DNA of 64,000 nt from the human T2T-CHM13v2.0 reference genome, Homo sapiens: the NCBI RefSeq assembly GCF_009914755.1, contig NC_060938.1. One strand, 5' to 3'. A program made the translations under genes and the position numbers. Positions 13,148 to 28,102 of the stretch are shown here, piece after piece. How positions within the stretch are numbered: the stretch's first letter is position 1; the number at the start of each line of letters is the position of its first letter. The notes under the pieces are model-generated. The model was not told where the DNA came from and did no database searches. It saw only the letters and a list, made by a program, of their open reading frames with translations.

Positions 13148-15045
13148 CAAACAGAGAGTGAGGAAGATATATGTATATATATATATGTGTGTAAGATCTA
13201 TGTACATGTATCTTCTCAAACTCCAGCATGTATCAGGATCACCTGTAAGACTTGTTAAACGAAGATATATGTACATATGTGTGTATATACATATAAAATA
13301 TACATATCAAATTAGCATGTAATCGTTCAAGCATGGAAGAAGGCAGGGAATATGGGGAAGATTTAAAGAGTTCCTCCAAGAGTCAAAAGATGAAGATATA
13401 GGCACATATGACAGTCACTATTGGAATTCAAAATTTTCTTCTTACAATTTTTTTAATTAAAATATGCTGAAAAAAATACTACGGAAGAAAGTGATGAGAA
13501 AGCTGGAAAAACTTCAAAATAAGCCAGAAAACTAGCGGTCACATACAAAATTATTTCTCTTGATAAAAAGGAGCAAGAAAAAGGTACCAAGATTTTGAGA
13601 CAAGATAAGAATAAAGGGTTCATAGGAATAAAAAAATATAGCCTTTCTCTAAAGCTGTACAGATTTTTTTAGGGAATGGTAAAGCTATATATACATGCAG
13701 ATAAGAAATTTAACAATATCAAATTTCAAAACTGTTTACATGACAAAATTTATTTTCTTAAGCCTTTTTTTTTTTGGTCCCTTTCTTAAATAACTCAGGA
13801 TACTTTCTATGGAAACAATGATATATGAATTCCTAGGTTAACATAACAAATCCTGTTTAATTTTCATTGCATCATATTTTTCCCTGAAAAAATAACAAGA
13901 AACACTACCAATGTAAATATATCCAGTTCTAAACTTTTGAGCTTTTCTTCCCCCCAAGTTTTTCTCAGTCCATCTGATCCCAGCCCACCTCTCTTCACAA
14001 TTGGACCCATTACAAATACCAAAATGGCCTCCATTGACCTCAACAGGCTTAAAATTTTTCAATGTCACTTTTAATTTATATGAACACAAAATAGTCTCAT
14101 TCTCAAAAACTATCTGTGCTAAATTTTACTGAGAAGCAGAAATAGTAAGGAGAATTAATACAATTATATAAATTTATTTGCAATTGAATGTTGTATTCTT
14201 TAATATTAAGCTGTAGCAAAATAATATTAATAATTCAAATATGAGGGAAATTGACTGCAGGTAATAAAAAAGATATGGAATGCCATCAACAGAAATATAT
14301 TGAGACTGGTGAATTGAAGGCAACTCAATATCTGACCACTGAAAAGATTTCCATTTAGCTGAAATCCCAGTGAAATCTGAGCTGGGCTGTAATAATGGGA
14401 CCTGACACTGGCTACAACAAGGAATTCAGGACTCCATCAATATCTTTATGAGTAATTCAGTTTAAAATTACCAAGTAACCAAAAGTGAAAACTTGGAGAG
14501 GATTGAAAATCAAAAGAAAATGAACAATATCAACCTGGAAGTTAACGTTGTCAATCACTATGTAGATGGCAGAATTAATGCAAAAAAAGAAAATCTTTAT
14601 CTGTAGTTGGCCATTCCAGACAGGTCAGCTAATCAATACCTACTAAGTGGCAGCACTGTGATAAACTACACACCTAGAGAGTCTCATATTAGAAAAAAAA
14701 AAAAAAAAACAGATGGAATGAGATGACAATCCTGAAATTCCCAAAAAGAAACTTCACCTTGATATGTCAATGATATTATTCTGTGGAGCATATCAAACAA
14801 GGTAAATTCTTACACTTTTATAAGAGTGAATGGTGCTCCAAAGAATAAGGTGTCTCCTGTATTCTAAAAGAAGGGATTTAAAGGGAAGGGCTTCTTTTTT
14901 GCAGGTACTGCAAGTTGCCCTGAATCTTTAGATAGATTACCAGAATCAGAATAATAAACCAAAGCCCTACTACTCTGAAGATCTTTTGCTTAATAAAGCT
15001 ATATGCCCCTAAAAATAAACCAATGGAAGAAAATACTTTTCTTAC

Positions 15046-15077
15046 CTTGTCTTTTAATTTTTCCATCCAGCTTCTCA
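15046..15077 (-). CDS. ARMH4: ARMH4 32-nt juxtamembrane exon: (x)RSWMEKLKDK
   Basis: ttttttcctag acceptor and strong AAG|GTAAGA donor. Starts in phase 1 and ends in phase 0, joining the TM exon in frame. Confidence 0.88.
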
Positions 15078-16076
15078 CTAGGAAAAAAATAAGATAATAA
15101 AATGAAATAACCATCTTTTACTTATAATTCATGGCATTAAGTTAATTTGACAAATTAAAGAGTTTTTTGTATTAAATACAGTAAAAGGATTAACAATATA
15201 ACATAATGACGATAATGGCCTTATTTTTATTTCTACTTATTTAGAAATGCAATGGAGAGCACAAACATCCCTCATATCATTATTACATAAATGGAGAATA
15301 TTTTTGTTTGCTAAATGTTTTTTCTATTATTATTGAATGATTAGTGGGGAGGTGTGGGCAAAGCGAAAATCACCTTTAAAATATCAAGTTCATTTATTCT
15401 CTGACACTTTTTCTTTGGCTTATTTCTCATCTTTCTCAGTTTGTAAGCTCAGTGGGAATGCTGCGCTTGAATCAATATCAGAGGGCAGAGATTAAGGGAG
15501 GAAGGGAAAATAAGCAAGCCCAGGTTGCCCAGAGCTGGCTCCAAAGAGAAGCATTTGCAATCATATTTGAAGAAGCAAGGATTGGATGAAAGGCAAGAAT
15601 AAGAAGTATTTCAGAAAGACATATAACTTGTGAACTGTACCATTCTATAGCAATACAACCACTATGAAAAATAAAAGCAATGACCAAGTAATATTCACAA
15701 AGCCAACTGAAAAAGGCTGATCAACTATGAAATTTTATGTAGACCATAGTTACAGCCATTTGGGAATACATAAATAAGCCAAGAGTAGAAGGAAGCATCA
15801 ATTTCATTTTTGAAATATGTGTTAGAATGGCCACGTTAAGGTTGGTTTGAGTTTGTTGGTGGTTTTTTACCCTAATTACCTTTCAAAGTCATAATAATGT
15901 TTCAACATTGAATGAAGATTTACTTTTAAAAGCATCAGACAGGAGGAAAAAAAGACAAATATATTCTCATTTTACCTTCATTATCAAACAAAAGAAATAA
16001 GTGTAAAAAAAACTTTTAAGATTTCCTGAAATTTTCTCTGCTTTTCAGAAGCTTCAACAGACAGGAAGGAAGGAAA

Positions 16077-16416
16077 CAGAGTGGAAAACTTTTATTATGA
16101 AGAGTCAGATAGTTAATATCTCAGGTTTTGCAGAGCGTATAGTCTCTGTCACAACTACTCAACTCTGATGTTGTATAACACAAAAGTGGCCGTAGACAAT
16201 ACATAAATAAATGGGTTCAGCTATGTTCCAATAAACTTTATTTATGGATATTAAAATTTGAATTTCATGTAATCTTCAAATGTCATAAATATTTTTCTTT
16301 TGATTTTTTTCAACCCTATTAAAATGTAAAAAGCATTCGCATTCTTTGCTCAGGAGCCATATAAAAGCATGCAGCAGGCTACATATGGGCCATGGACTAC
16401 AGTTTGCTGGCCCCTG
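16077..16416. mobile_element. MER58-family (MER58B-like) hAT element
   Basis: gtctctgtcacaactactcaactctg, gttccaataaactttatttatgga, tacagtttgctggcccctg. Confidence 0.8.
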
Positions 16417-16479
16417 GCATAGATATACTTTAACCAAGAAGTCGGTGCCTCCATTTACAATCTGACTCTAGTAATAATA

Positions 16480-17020
16480 TATCTGAAAATACTGATGATG
16501 GCTAGCATGCACACAGCTCCACCCTTTACAAAGCATGCCACATGCATTGCATCACTTGAACAGCAAACCAATGACAAACATGAAAGTCAGGTCAGATTAT
16601 GCTCAGGGAAAAGATGAGGAAACTGGGGCTCAAGGGAAGCTAAGAGACTTGCTCATGGTTAACCAGAGAGTAAGGTGTCATTGGGGCCGAGCACGGTGGC
16701 TCACACCTGTAACCCCAGCACTTGGAGAGGCAGAGGCAGGTGAAGTTCAAGACCAGCCTGGCCAACATGGTGAAACCCCGTCTCTACTAAAAATACAAAA
16801 AAAATTACCAAGGCGTGGTGGCAGACACCTGTAATCGCAGCTCAGGAGACTGAGGTAGGAGAATCACTTGAACCCAGAAGGCAGAGGTTGCAGTGAGCCA
16901 AGGGCACACCACTGCACTCCAGCCTGGGCAACAGAGTAAGACTCCATCTCAAAAAAAAGAAAGAAAGAAAGAAAGTCATTGGAACTCAAACCTGATTTTA
17001 AAACCCAGGAGTAAGACTTT
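16480..17020 (-). mobile_element. MIR split by an Alu
   Basis: agatgaggaaactggggctc, gacttgctcatggtta, ggaactcaaacct. Confidence 0.6.
16685..16971 (+). mobile_element. Alu (AluS, small internal deletions)
   Basis: Dimer with an (AAAG)n tail. gtcattgg is duplicated on both flanks. Confidence 0.92.
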
Positions 17021-18704
17021 CGAACTACCAATTTCTTTTGGTGATACTACCACTGTTCTGCTCCTTCAAGTTGAAAATGTGAAGCTACCTTTGGCCCTTC
17101 TACCTCCCTTAGGTCCTGGCTTTAATCTCTCATGCAGAGCCCTTGTCAAGACCTCTCTCTTGTCCTTCCCTCCTAGCTCCCTCTGTCTCAAAGGGATTCA
17201 GACAAAGACGGTGGTGATCAATCAGGATAAGAGCAGGGTCATGGGGAGGTCAGAAGAAGAAAGCCTAGGAACCTCAAGAATAAGGCCAGGGGTTAGTGAT
17301 TCTAGGAGTGGTTCCGTGGAGAAGTAAGATCCACCGCTGATTCACTGAGTGAATCTGGAGAAACTCTGGACCCACAGCTTCCTTATATAGAGAGATGGCA
17401 ACATCTGTCTTGCAAGATTGTTGTGAAGATTAGAAATAACAAATGCAAAGTGTTTAGTACAGAAATCCAGGGCAGGAGGGGAAGAAAGGTAAGTAAAATA
17501 CGAGTATTTTGTAAATACGTCTCATTTAAGCCCATGACACATATTTAAATAGAAGCAAGATAATGTTTCCAATTTGTTCATTCAACAAATATTTATTATG
17601 TACATTGTGTTCGATCAGGCATTATGCTCTAAAGTGGGTCAGCAGAAGTTATAAGACCTAATTCCAGTGAGAAAGGGGTTAGGCCACCAAGTCTATAAGA
17701 AGTGGATGACAAGCAGCAATGTAGGGACTAAAGAGTGAAGAACAGAGGAGGAAAGCCAGTTGCTAGAGTGCAAGGCAGAACCCACCAACCTTTGAAGCAA
17801 GATGCTTGCAATCAGGGACTCAGTTGGGTATTATACAATAAATAGGGCAAATCAAAAGAGAGGTGGAGGCAGGAATGTTAATATGAGCACCTAGTGGAGG
17901 AGGCAAGATGGTGCAGAATAGGGATAGCCTGGAGAAGAGGAAAAGGAGGCAAAGACCAGCCCAGGGTCCAAGGCACTGATAGGCTTGTGTACTGTAGGAA
18001 GCTCATCGCCAAGAGAAGCATTTTAACTTAGGCCTTATCAATCCAGGCTTCACCGGTAAACTGTCCACATCTTAGGTTCTTAGAGTAAATTTCACAGAGT
18101 CCTACTTTGGATGATTATCTAATGAAGAAATTCTCCACTGAAGGCAAGAAGGCACATCAGTGCAAGATGTTTACATGTGCACAGATATCTGAAGGAGCAT
18201 GTTCCATTGATCTAGTTCAGTAATTCATAACACAGAGTGGGAAAGCCAGGCAAAATATTCTTGGCTGGAGAGAGAGGATAGTGAGTAAGTATTCTGGTGG
18301 GCACAGGTCTAAAAAGGTTGAGGAAACACTATTCTTAGACTGTGAGCTTGATGACATTTCCCCATCTAAGAACATGAGACCCCGGAGCGCCATGCCTTGT
18401 GCTTCTCAGGTATCCGCCAGGGTCCTCTGCATAGTATTGAACACTCAGGTGCTTAATAAGTATTTTTCCTTCTTTCAGAAAATATTTATTTAAGTGAGTT
18501 CACAATCTTTGAGTAAGCATGATTCTCATTCATGAGGATCCTGTAAACAGTTTTCGGTAAAACATTCAAGTTGCAATAAATATAAATTTTATGCAATGAA
18601 CATTTTAAAACTTAAGGAGTAGAAAATGATAAGAGAATGCAATGCAAGAAGAAAGAAAATTATAAAGAAATATTTTTAGTTAAAAAAAAAAAAAAAAAGA
18701 TGAT

Positions 18705-18851
18705 GGCCAGACACACTGGCACATGCTTGTAATCCCAGCACTTCGGGAGGCCAAGGCAGGCAGATTGCTTGAGACCAGTCTAGGTAACATAGCGAGACTC
18801 CTGCCTCTACAAAAAATAAAATAAAATTTAAATTTAAATTTAATAAAATTT
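18705..18851 (+). mobile_element. Free left Alu monomer (FLAM-like)
   Basis: Single left arm with an AT-rich tail. TSD aaagatgat at 18696-18704 and 18852-18860. Confidence 0.85.
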
Positions 18852-19764
18852 AAAGATGATTATTTATAAATAGGAAAACTGACAACTGTAATTTTTAAAA
18901 AATAGACAAACATCACAGTAATTAAAGAAGTATGAATGGATACAGCTTTTCAAAGGTAAAGAGGTGGAGGGGAGATTTGCAATCCATATCAAAAGCTTTA
19001 TTAAGGTTAAAATGTTTTATATGAAGCTCCAGTTATAGAAGACATGTATCTTAAAGGATTAACCATGAATGTGCACAAAAATTTTGTTTAAATCATGTTC
19101 ACAAAATATTTATAATAAAAAGGAGCATGTAAACAATATTAATATCCAACAAAACAGGATTGGTTTAAACACTCAAGGGAAAACAAAACCTTAGGTTATG
19201 TCTATAGAGTATTATATGAAAATAAAATTATTTTTAAAATACTTAATGGCAAGATGTTGTTCAACTTACACATTGCAAAGGAAAAAAACAGTGTAGTATA
19301 ATGTAAGCCTGAGTTTGTAGATAAAAAATATTACGTGTAAAATTTGAACAATGCACATCAAAATGTTAACTGAATTAATCAATTCAGTTGATTGATTAAT
19401 TGGGTAGTAGAATTATCGATGATTTGTCTTTTATTCTCTGTATTTTTCAGATTTAGCAAATCACAATTTCTCACTACTTTTAAATTAAGGAAAAAAACAC
19501 ATTTTACAACAAAACCCCCAAAATTCCATAAACCTTTGCAAACTAAAGTTGACAGTAGATTGCTGATAGTGAACACAAGAAGTTAGAGCCTTTCCAGTTG
19601 GCTCACAGCTCAGCCCACAGCTACAAATTCACTCTAATCCCACTGTTTTGTTATCTTTCTTGAAATTTTATTTAATGCAAATCCAAGAGCACAGTGCTAT
19701 AATAAGGCCTCTGGTCTCCTTCTAGTAGAGAGAAAGGTACACAGAAAAGAAAGTAGGCATGAAT

Positions 19765-22335
<2,571 letters not shown>

Positions 22336-22453
22336 AAAACTAATTTTTTTATAAAAAAGTAGTCATGGGTTATTAAAAATAGATCCTCTCTCATGCTCGC
22401 CAGCACCCTCTTGTGTATACGAGTCCCAGGTGTAGCAACTTGCCACTCTCCTA

Positions 22454-22824
<371 letters not shown>

Positions 22825-22989
22825 TTATTTAGAGGAGTATGTTTAATTTTCATTTATTTCCAGTGACAAAGTTTTATGGACTATATTTATCCCAGATATA
22901 TGCATAAATTCCCTTTTACTAAAGGGGTAGGGATGGGAGCCAGAAGAGATCCAGGATTTGTCTGAAATAATAATTAAGATTTGTTAAAC

Positions 22990-23140
22990 ACCTCACAAAA
23001 ATTCTGCAAGGTAGATACTATTATCCACTATTTTACAGATGACGAAAATGAAGCTCAAGTAGTGCTCACAGTCACACAGCTAAAGAGTAGCTGATCTGGA
23101 ATTGGAACTCAGACCTTTATGGCTCTAAAGCCTGTTCAGT
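22990..23140 (-). mobile_element. MIR
   Basis: attttacagatgacgaaaatgaagctca, gtcacacagcta. Confidence 0.7.
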
Positions 23141-23319
23141 ACACCCATGGGTCACTCTGGGGAGGGGTGAGGGCAGGTGGGCCAAGGAGACCTTATCACA
23201 GCTCACGGGGCTTTCCTGAGTTCTGGATATGGGGGATACTCAAGCTGGGAGGCAGCGTGTATTAGCTCACCTGGTATTCTGACTCCTTTACCTTCTCCTC
23301 TCTGTTCCCTCGGACAAAT

Positions 23320-23565
23320 GTGCTTCTCTTTCTGCCTCTGTATGTGTCTCCCTCTGTCTCTGTCTCTCATTGTGTCTCTGCATATCACATTGTGATTTGT
23401 GTCTGTCTGTCCTTTCTCTCCCTCCCCTTGTCTCTTTCTCTATGACTCTGTGTCTGGATGTCTGCCTGGTTCTGTTGCTCTATTATCTTTCTCTCCCTGT
23501 CTCTCTCTTCCTGTCTGTGGTGTGTGTGGGGTGAGGGGACTCTCTTTGTATATGTCTTTCTCATT
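23320..23565. repeat. CT/GT-rich low-complexity tract
   Basis: Degenerate (TC)n and (TGTC)n. Confidence 0.7.
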
Positions 23566-23724
23566 CAGAGAAAATAAACTGGATCTCTTAGTTCCATGTT
23601 CGCCAAGGACTTTTCCAACTCAGTCCTGTGTGCCAGGGTAGCAGCATCCTTAGCTCTCCACTGGGCAACAACCAACTGAGTGGCAGAAATCTTAGGGTGA
23701 ACCTTAAAACTCAGAATGAGCAAT

Positions 23725-24574
23725 GCTGAAGAGAGAGAGAATGATTTATTATAAGGCGTTGGCTCATGTGATAATGAAAACTGAGACTTTCCAAGATCTA
23801 CTGCCTGTAAACTGGAGATCTAGGAGAGCCACTGGTTTAGTTCCAGCCTGAGTCCAAAGGCCTGAGAACCAGGAGAGCTGATGTAGTCCAAAAGCCTGCA
23901 GGCTCAAAACCCAGGAAAAGCTGGTGTTTCATGCCCGAAGGCAGAGGGAAAAAAACAATGTCTCAGTTTTCAGGCTGTCAGGCAGGAGGAATTGCCCCTT
24001 TTCATAGGGCAGTTGGACTTATTGTTCCATTTAGGCCTTCAGTGGATTGGATGAAGCCCACCTACATTAGGAGAGTATTTACCCAGTCTACAGATTCAAA
24101 TGCGATACGGTCTGGCTGTGTCCTCACCCAAGTTTCATCTTGAATTGTAACTGCCACTATCCTCACATGGCTTGGGAGGGACATGGTGGGAGATAATTAA
24201 ATCATGGGGGTGGGTTTTTCCCATGCTGTTCTCATGATAGTGATTAAGTCTCACAAGATCTGTTGGTTTTATAAAGGGCCATTCCCCTGCACATGCTCTC
24301 TTGCCTGCTGCCATGTAGGATGTGCCTTTGGCTCCTTAGCCTTCTGCCATGATTGTGAGGCCTCCGCAGCCATGTGGAATTGAGTCCATTAAACCTCTTT
24401 TTCTTTGTAAGTTGCACTGTCTCAGGTATTTCTTCATGGCAGTATAAAAATGGACTAATACAAAATGTTAATCTCATCCAGAAACACCCTCACAAACACG
24501 ACCAATATAGTGTTTGATCAAATGCCTGGGCACCCATGGTCCAGTCAAGTTGACACATAAAATTATCCATCACA
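23725..24574 (-). mobile_element. MLT2 (ERVL) LTR, interrupted by THE1
   Basis: gatttattataagg...ttggctcatgtgat at one end and ccagtcaagttgacacataaaattatccatcaca terminus at the other. Confidence 0.8.
24103..24462 (+). mobile_element. THE1-family MaLR solo LTR
   Basis: 360 bp from (c)gatacggtctggctgtgtcc to ggactaataca. 5-bp TSD AAATG at 24098-24102 and 24463-24467. Confidence 0.92.
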
Positions 24575-24879
24575 GAGTGAGACTGGAGGTCAAGATCATA
24601 ATCCTGGTTCCCCAACATTTAAAGACCAGCCAGAGGAGAAAGGGCCAGGAGAAGAGACAGGTAGGGAATGGTCAGAGAGGCTCAGAAACCTGGACTGTTC
24701 ATATGAAACAACCCAGAAGAGCTCGTTCCAAGCATTTATGAGGACATTTTCACATTTCATTGATCAAACAAAACCTTTGTTCAGGTTAGCCTTCAGTGGA
24801 TTGGCCAGAAACACAGAGAAGGTATCACCCTAGGAGCCATCTGCAACCAAGGAGGGCTGCAAGTATATTAATACACTGG

Positions 24880-25396
24880 TATAGTATAGTAGTTTCCTAA
24901 AGCTACTATAACAATACCACAAACATAGTGGAATAAAGCAACACACATTTGTTATCTTATATTTCTGGAGGCAGAAAGGCCAAAAATCAGACTCATGGCC
25001 TAAAGTCAAGGTGTCAACAGGGTTAGTTCCTTCTAGAGGCTCTAGGAGAGAATCTTTTTCCTTGCCTTTTCCAGCTTCTAGAATCCACATGCAATCCTTG
25101 GCTCATAGCCTATTCCTCCATCTTCAAAGTCAACAGCATAACGTCTTCAACTCTCTCTCTCTCTCTTCCCCACCGCCACTCTCCAAGCTCTGCCTCCCAC
25201 TGTCATATTTTCTTCTCTGACTCTAACCCTCCTAATTCTCTCTCAGAAAGACCGTTGTGATAATCTCCCCATCTCCAGGTCCTTAAGTCAATCACAACTG
25301 CTAAGTAGCTCTTGGCATGTAAGGTAACATATCCCCATGTTCCAGGGATTAAGAGGTAGACATCTTTTGGGGAAGCCACTATTCTGCCTCATTACA
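24880..25396 (-). mobile_element. MLT1 (MLT1C/D/E-like) LTR
   Basis: taccacaaac, ttctggaggcagaa, aaggtaacatat, attctgcct...aca. Confidence 0.75.
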
Positions 25397-25399
25397 TCA

Positions 25400-25651
25400 G
25401 GTAAATCCCTGAGTTTTCCTCATTTCTGACATGTGTTCTACACAGCTTCCCAGAGAATCCCCAGCAGCAAGGAGCTCCAGCAGTAATCCATTCATTAGCA
25501 TCTCCTCTATTGATTGGCTTTCCACCCTCCCCACCTCACTTCCTCACTCCCTCTCCATACTTCCATACTTCCTGGGATCACCTCCCAAATAAACTCCTTA
25601 TACCCAATCCTGTCACAGGGTCTACTTTTAGGGAGAGCTCAAACTAAGACA
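25400..25651 (+). mobile_element. LTR16-like ERVL LTR 3' part
   Basis: cttcctgggatcacctcccaaataaact ... caaactaagaca. Confidence 0.6.
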
Positions 25652-25732
25652 CTAATCTAATTCAGTCACCATATAGGCAAGCTGGCCCTTTGCCATACCA
25701 ATTTCATTCATTTTGTACATTAAAACCAACCA

Positions 25733-28102
25733 CAGACATACCTTGGAGATATTGTAGGTTCAGTCCCAGACCACCATCATAAAGCAAATGCTGCAATAAG
25801 ATATGTCACACAAATTTTTTGGTTTCTCAGTGTCTGTAAAAGTTATATTTGCACTATAGTATAGTCTAGTAAGTATGAGATTGCATTATGTCTAAATAAA
25901 CACATCCATACTTTAACTAAAAATACTTTATTACCAAAAAATGCTACTGATCATCTGAGCCTTCACAGACTATTTTTGCTGGATGAAGGGTCTTCCTCAA
26001 TGCTGATGGCCGCTGACTAATTAGGTGGTGGTTGCTGAAGGCAGGGGTAGCTGTGTCGATTTCTTAAAATAAAACAACAATGAAGTTTGCTGCATTGAAT
26101 GAGTCTTCATTTTATGAAGGATTTCTCTATATATGCAATGCTGTTTGAGAGCATTTTACCCAGAATGGAAATTCTTTCAAAACTAGAGTTAATCCTCTCA
26201 AACCCTGCCACTGCTTGGTGAGCTAAGGTCATGTAATATTCTAAGTCCTTTGTTGTCATTTCAACACTGTTCACACCAGGAGTAAATTCTATCTCAAGAA
26301 ACCACTTTCTTTGCTCATCCATAAGAAGCAACTTTTCATCCATTCAAGTCTTATCATGAGACTGCAGCAATTCAGTCACATCTTCAGGCTCCATTTATAA
26401 TTCTAATTCTCTTTCTATTTCTAACACATATGCAGTTACCTCCTCCAATGAAGTCTTGAACCCCTCAACGTCATCCATAAGGGTTAGAATCAACTTCCTC
26501 CAAACTCCTGTTAATGATAGCTTGTCCTCTTCCCATGAATCATGAATGTTCTGAATGGCATCTAGAAAGATGAATCCTTTCCAGAAGGTTTACAACTTAC
26601 TTTGGCCAGATCCATCATGAATCATTATCTATGGCAGTTATAGCCTTATGAAATGTATTTCTTAAATAATAAGACATGAAGGTCAAAATTATTCCTTGAT
26701 CCATGAACTGCAGAATGGACATTGTATTAGTAGGCATAAAAACAACATTAATCTCCTTGTACATCTCCATCAGAGTTCTTGGGTAACTAGGTACATTGTC
26801 AATGAGCAGTAGTAATAATTTGAAAGCAGTCTTTTTTTCTGAGAGTAGGTCTCAACAGTGGGCTTAAGATATTCAGTAAAACATGTTGTAAACAGATGTG
26901 CTGTCATCCAGGCTTTGTTGTTCCATTTATAGAGCACAGGCAGAGTAGATTTAGCATAATTCTTAAGGGCCCTAGGATTTTAGGAATAGCCAGTGAGCAT
27001 TGACTTCAACTTAAAGTCACCAGTGGCATTAGCCCCTAACAAGAGAGTCAGCCTGTCTTTTGAAGCTTTGAAGCCAGGTACTGATTTCTCTCTTGCTATA
27101 AAAGTCCTATATAACATCTTCCAATATAAGATTGTTTCATCTGCAATGAAAACCTGTGGTTTAGTGTATCCACCTTCATCAATGATCTTAGCTAGATCTT
27201 CTGCATAACTTGCTGCAGCTTCTACTTCCCTCTGTACTTTTATATTATGGAGGCAGCTTCTTTCCTTAAGCCTCATGAACCAACCTGTGCTAGCTTCCAA
27301 CTTTTCTTCTGCAGCTTCCTCACTTCTCTCAGCCTTCATAGAATTTAAGAGAGTTAGGGTCTTCCTCTAGAATAGACTTTGGCTTAAGGGAATGTTGTGG
27401 CTGATTTGATCTTCTACACAGGCCACTATAATTCTCTCCACATCAGCAGTAAGGTTGTTTCTATCTCTTATCATTTGTGTGTGCACTAGAGTAGCATTAT
27501 TAATTTTCTTCAAGAACTTTTCCTTTACATTCACAACTTGGCTAACTGGTGCAAGAGGCCTAGCTTTTGGACTATCTTAACTTTCAACATGCCTTCCCCA
27601 CTAAGCTTAACATTTATAGCCTTTGATTTAAAGTGAGAGATGTGTGTCTCTTTCTTTCACTTGAACACCTAGAGGCCACTGTAGGGCTTTTAATTGCATT
27701 AATTTCAATATTGTTTTGTCTCAGGGAATAGGGAGGCCTAAAGAACGGGAGAGTGATTAGGGAATGGGCAGTCAGTAGAACAGTCAGAACACACACAACA
27801 TCTATCAATTAATGTCACCATCTCATATGGATGCTGTTGGTGGCACCCCAAAATTATTACAGTAGTAACATTAAAGACCACTGATCACAGATCACCATGA
27901 TAGATATAATAATAATGAAAAAGCCTGAAATATCAAGAGAATTACCAAAATGTGACACAGGGACACAGAGTGATCCCATGCTATAGGGAAAATTGCACCA
28001 ACAGACTGGTTGAGTGCAGGTTGCCACGAACCCTCAATTTTTAAGAAATGCAATATCTGCAAAGTTCAATAAAGTGAAGGGAAATAAAATGAAATGAGCC
28101 TG
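25733..28102 (-). mobile_element. Tigger1 (TcMar/pogo) DNA transposon, near full length, transposase decayed
   Basis: About 2.37 kb with both ends present. ORF 26980-27339 (ASTGWF...VFIADET...[22 protein letters not shown]) is pogo/Tigger DDE transposase sequence. Confidence 0.92.

Noticed and set aside
14878-15114. 78-aa hydrophobic ORF
   Set aside because: It is the 32-nt exon plus T-rich intron sequence read through.
26107-27339. Domesticated TIGD-like transposase gene
   Set aside because: The reading frame is fragmented. It is a decayed Tigger1.
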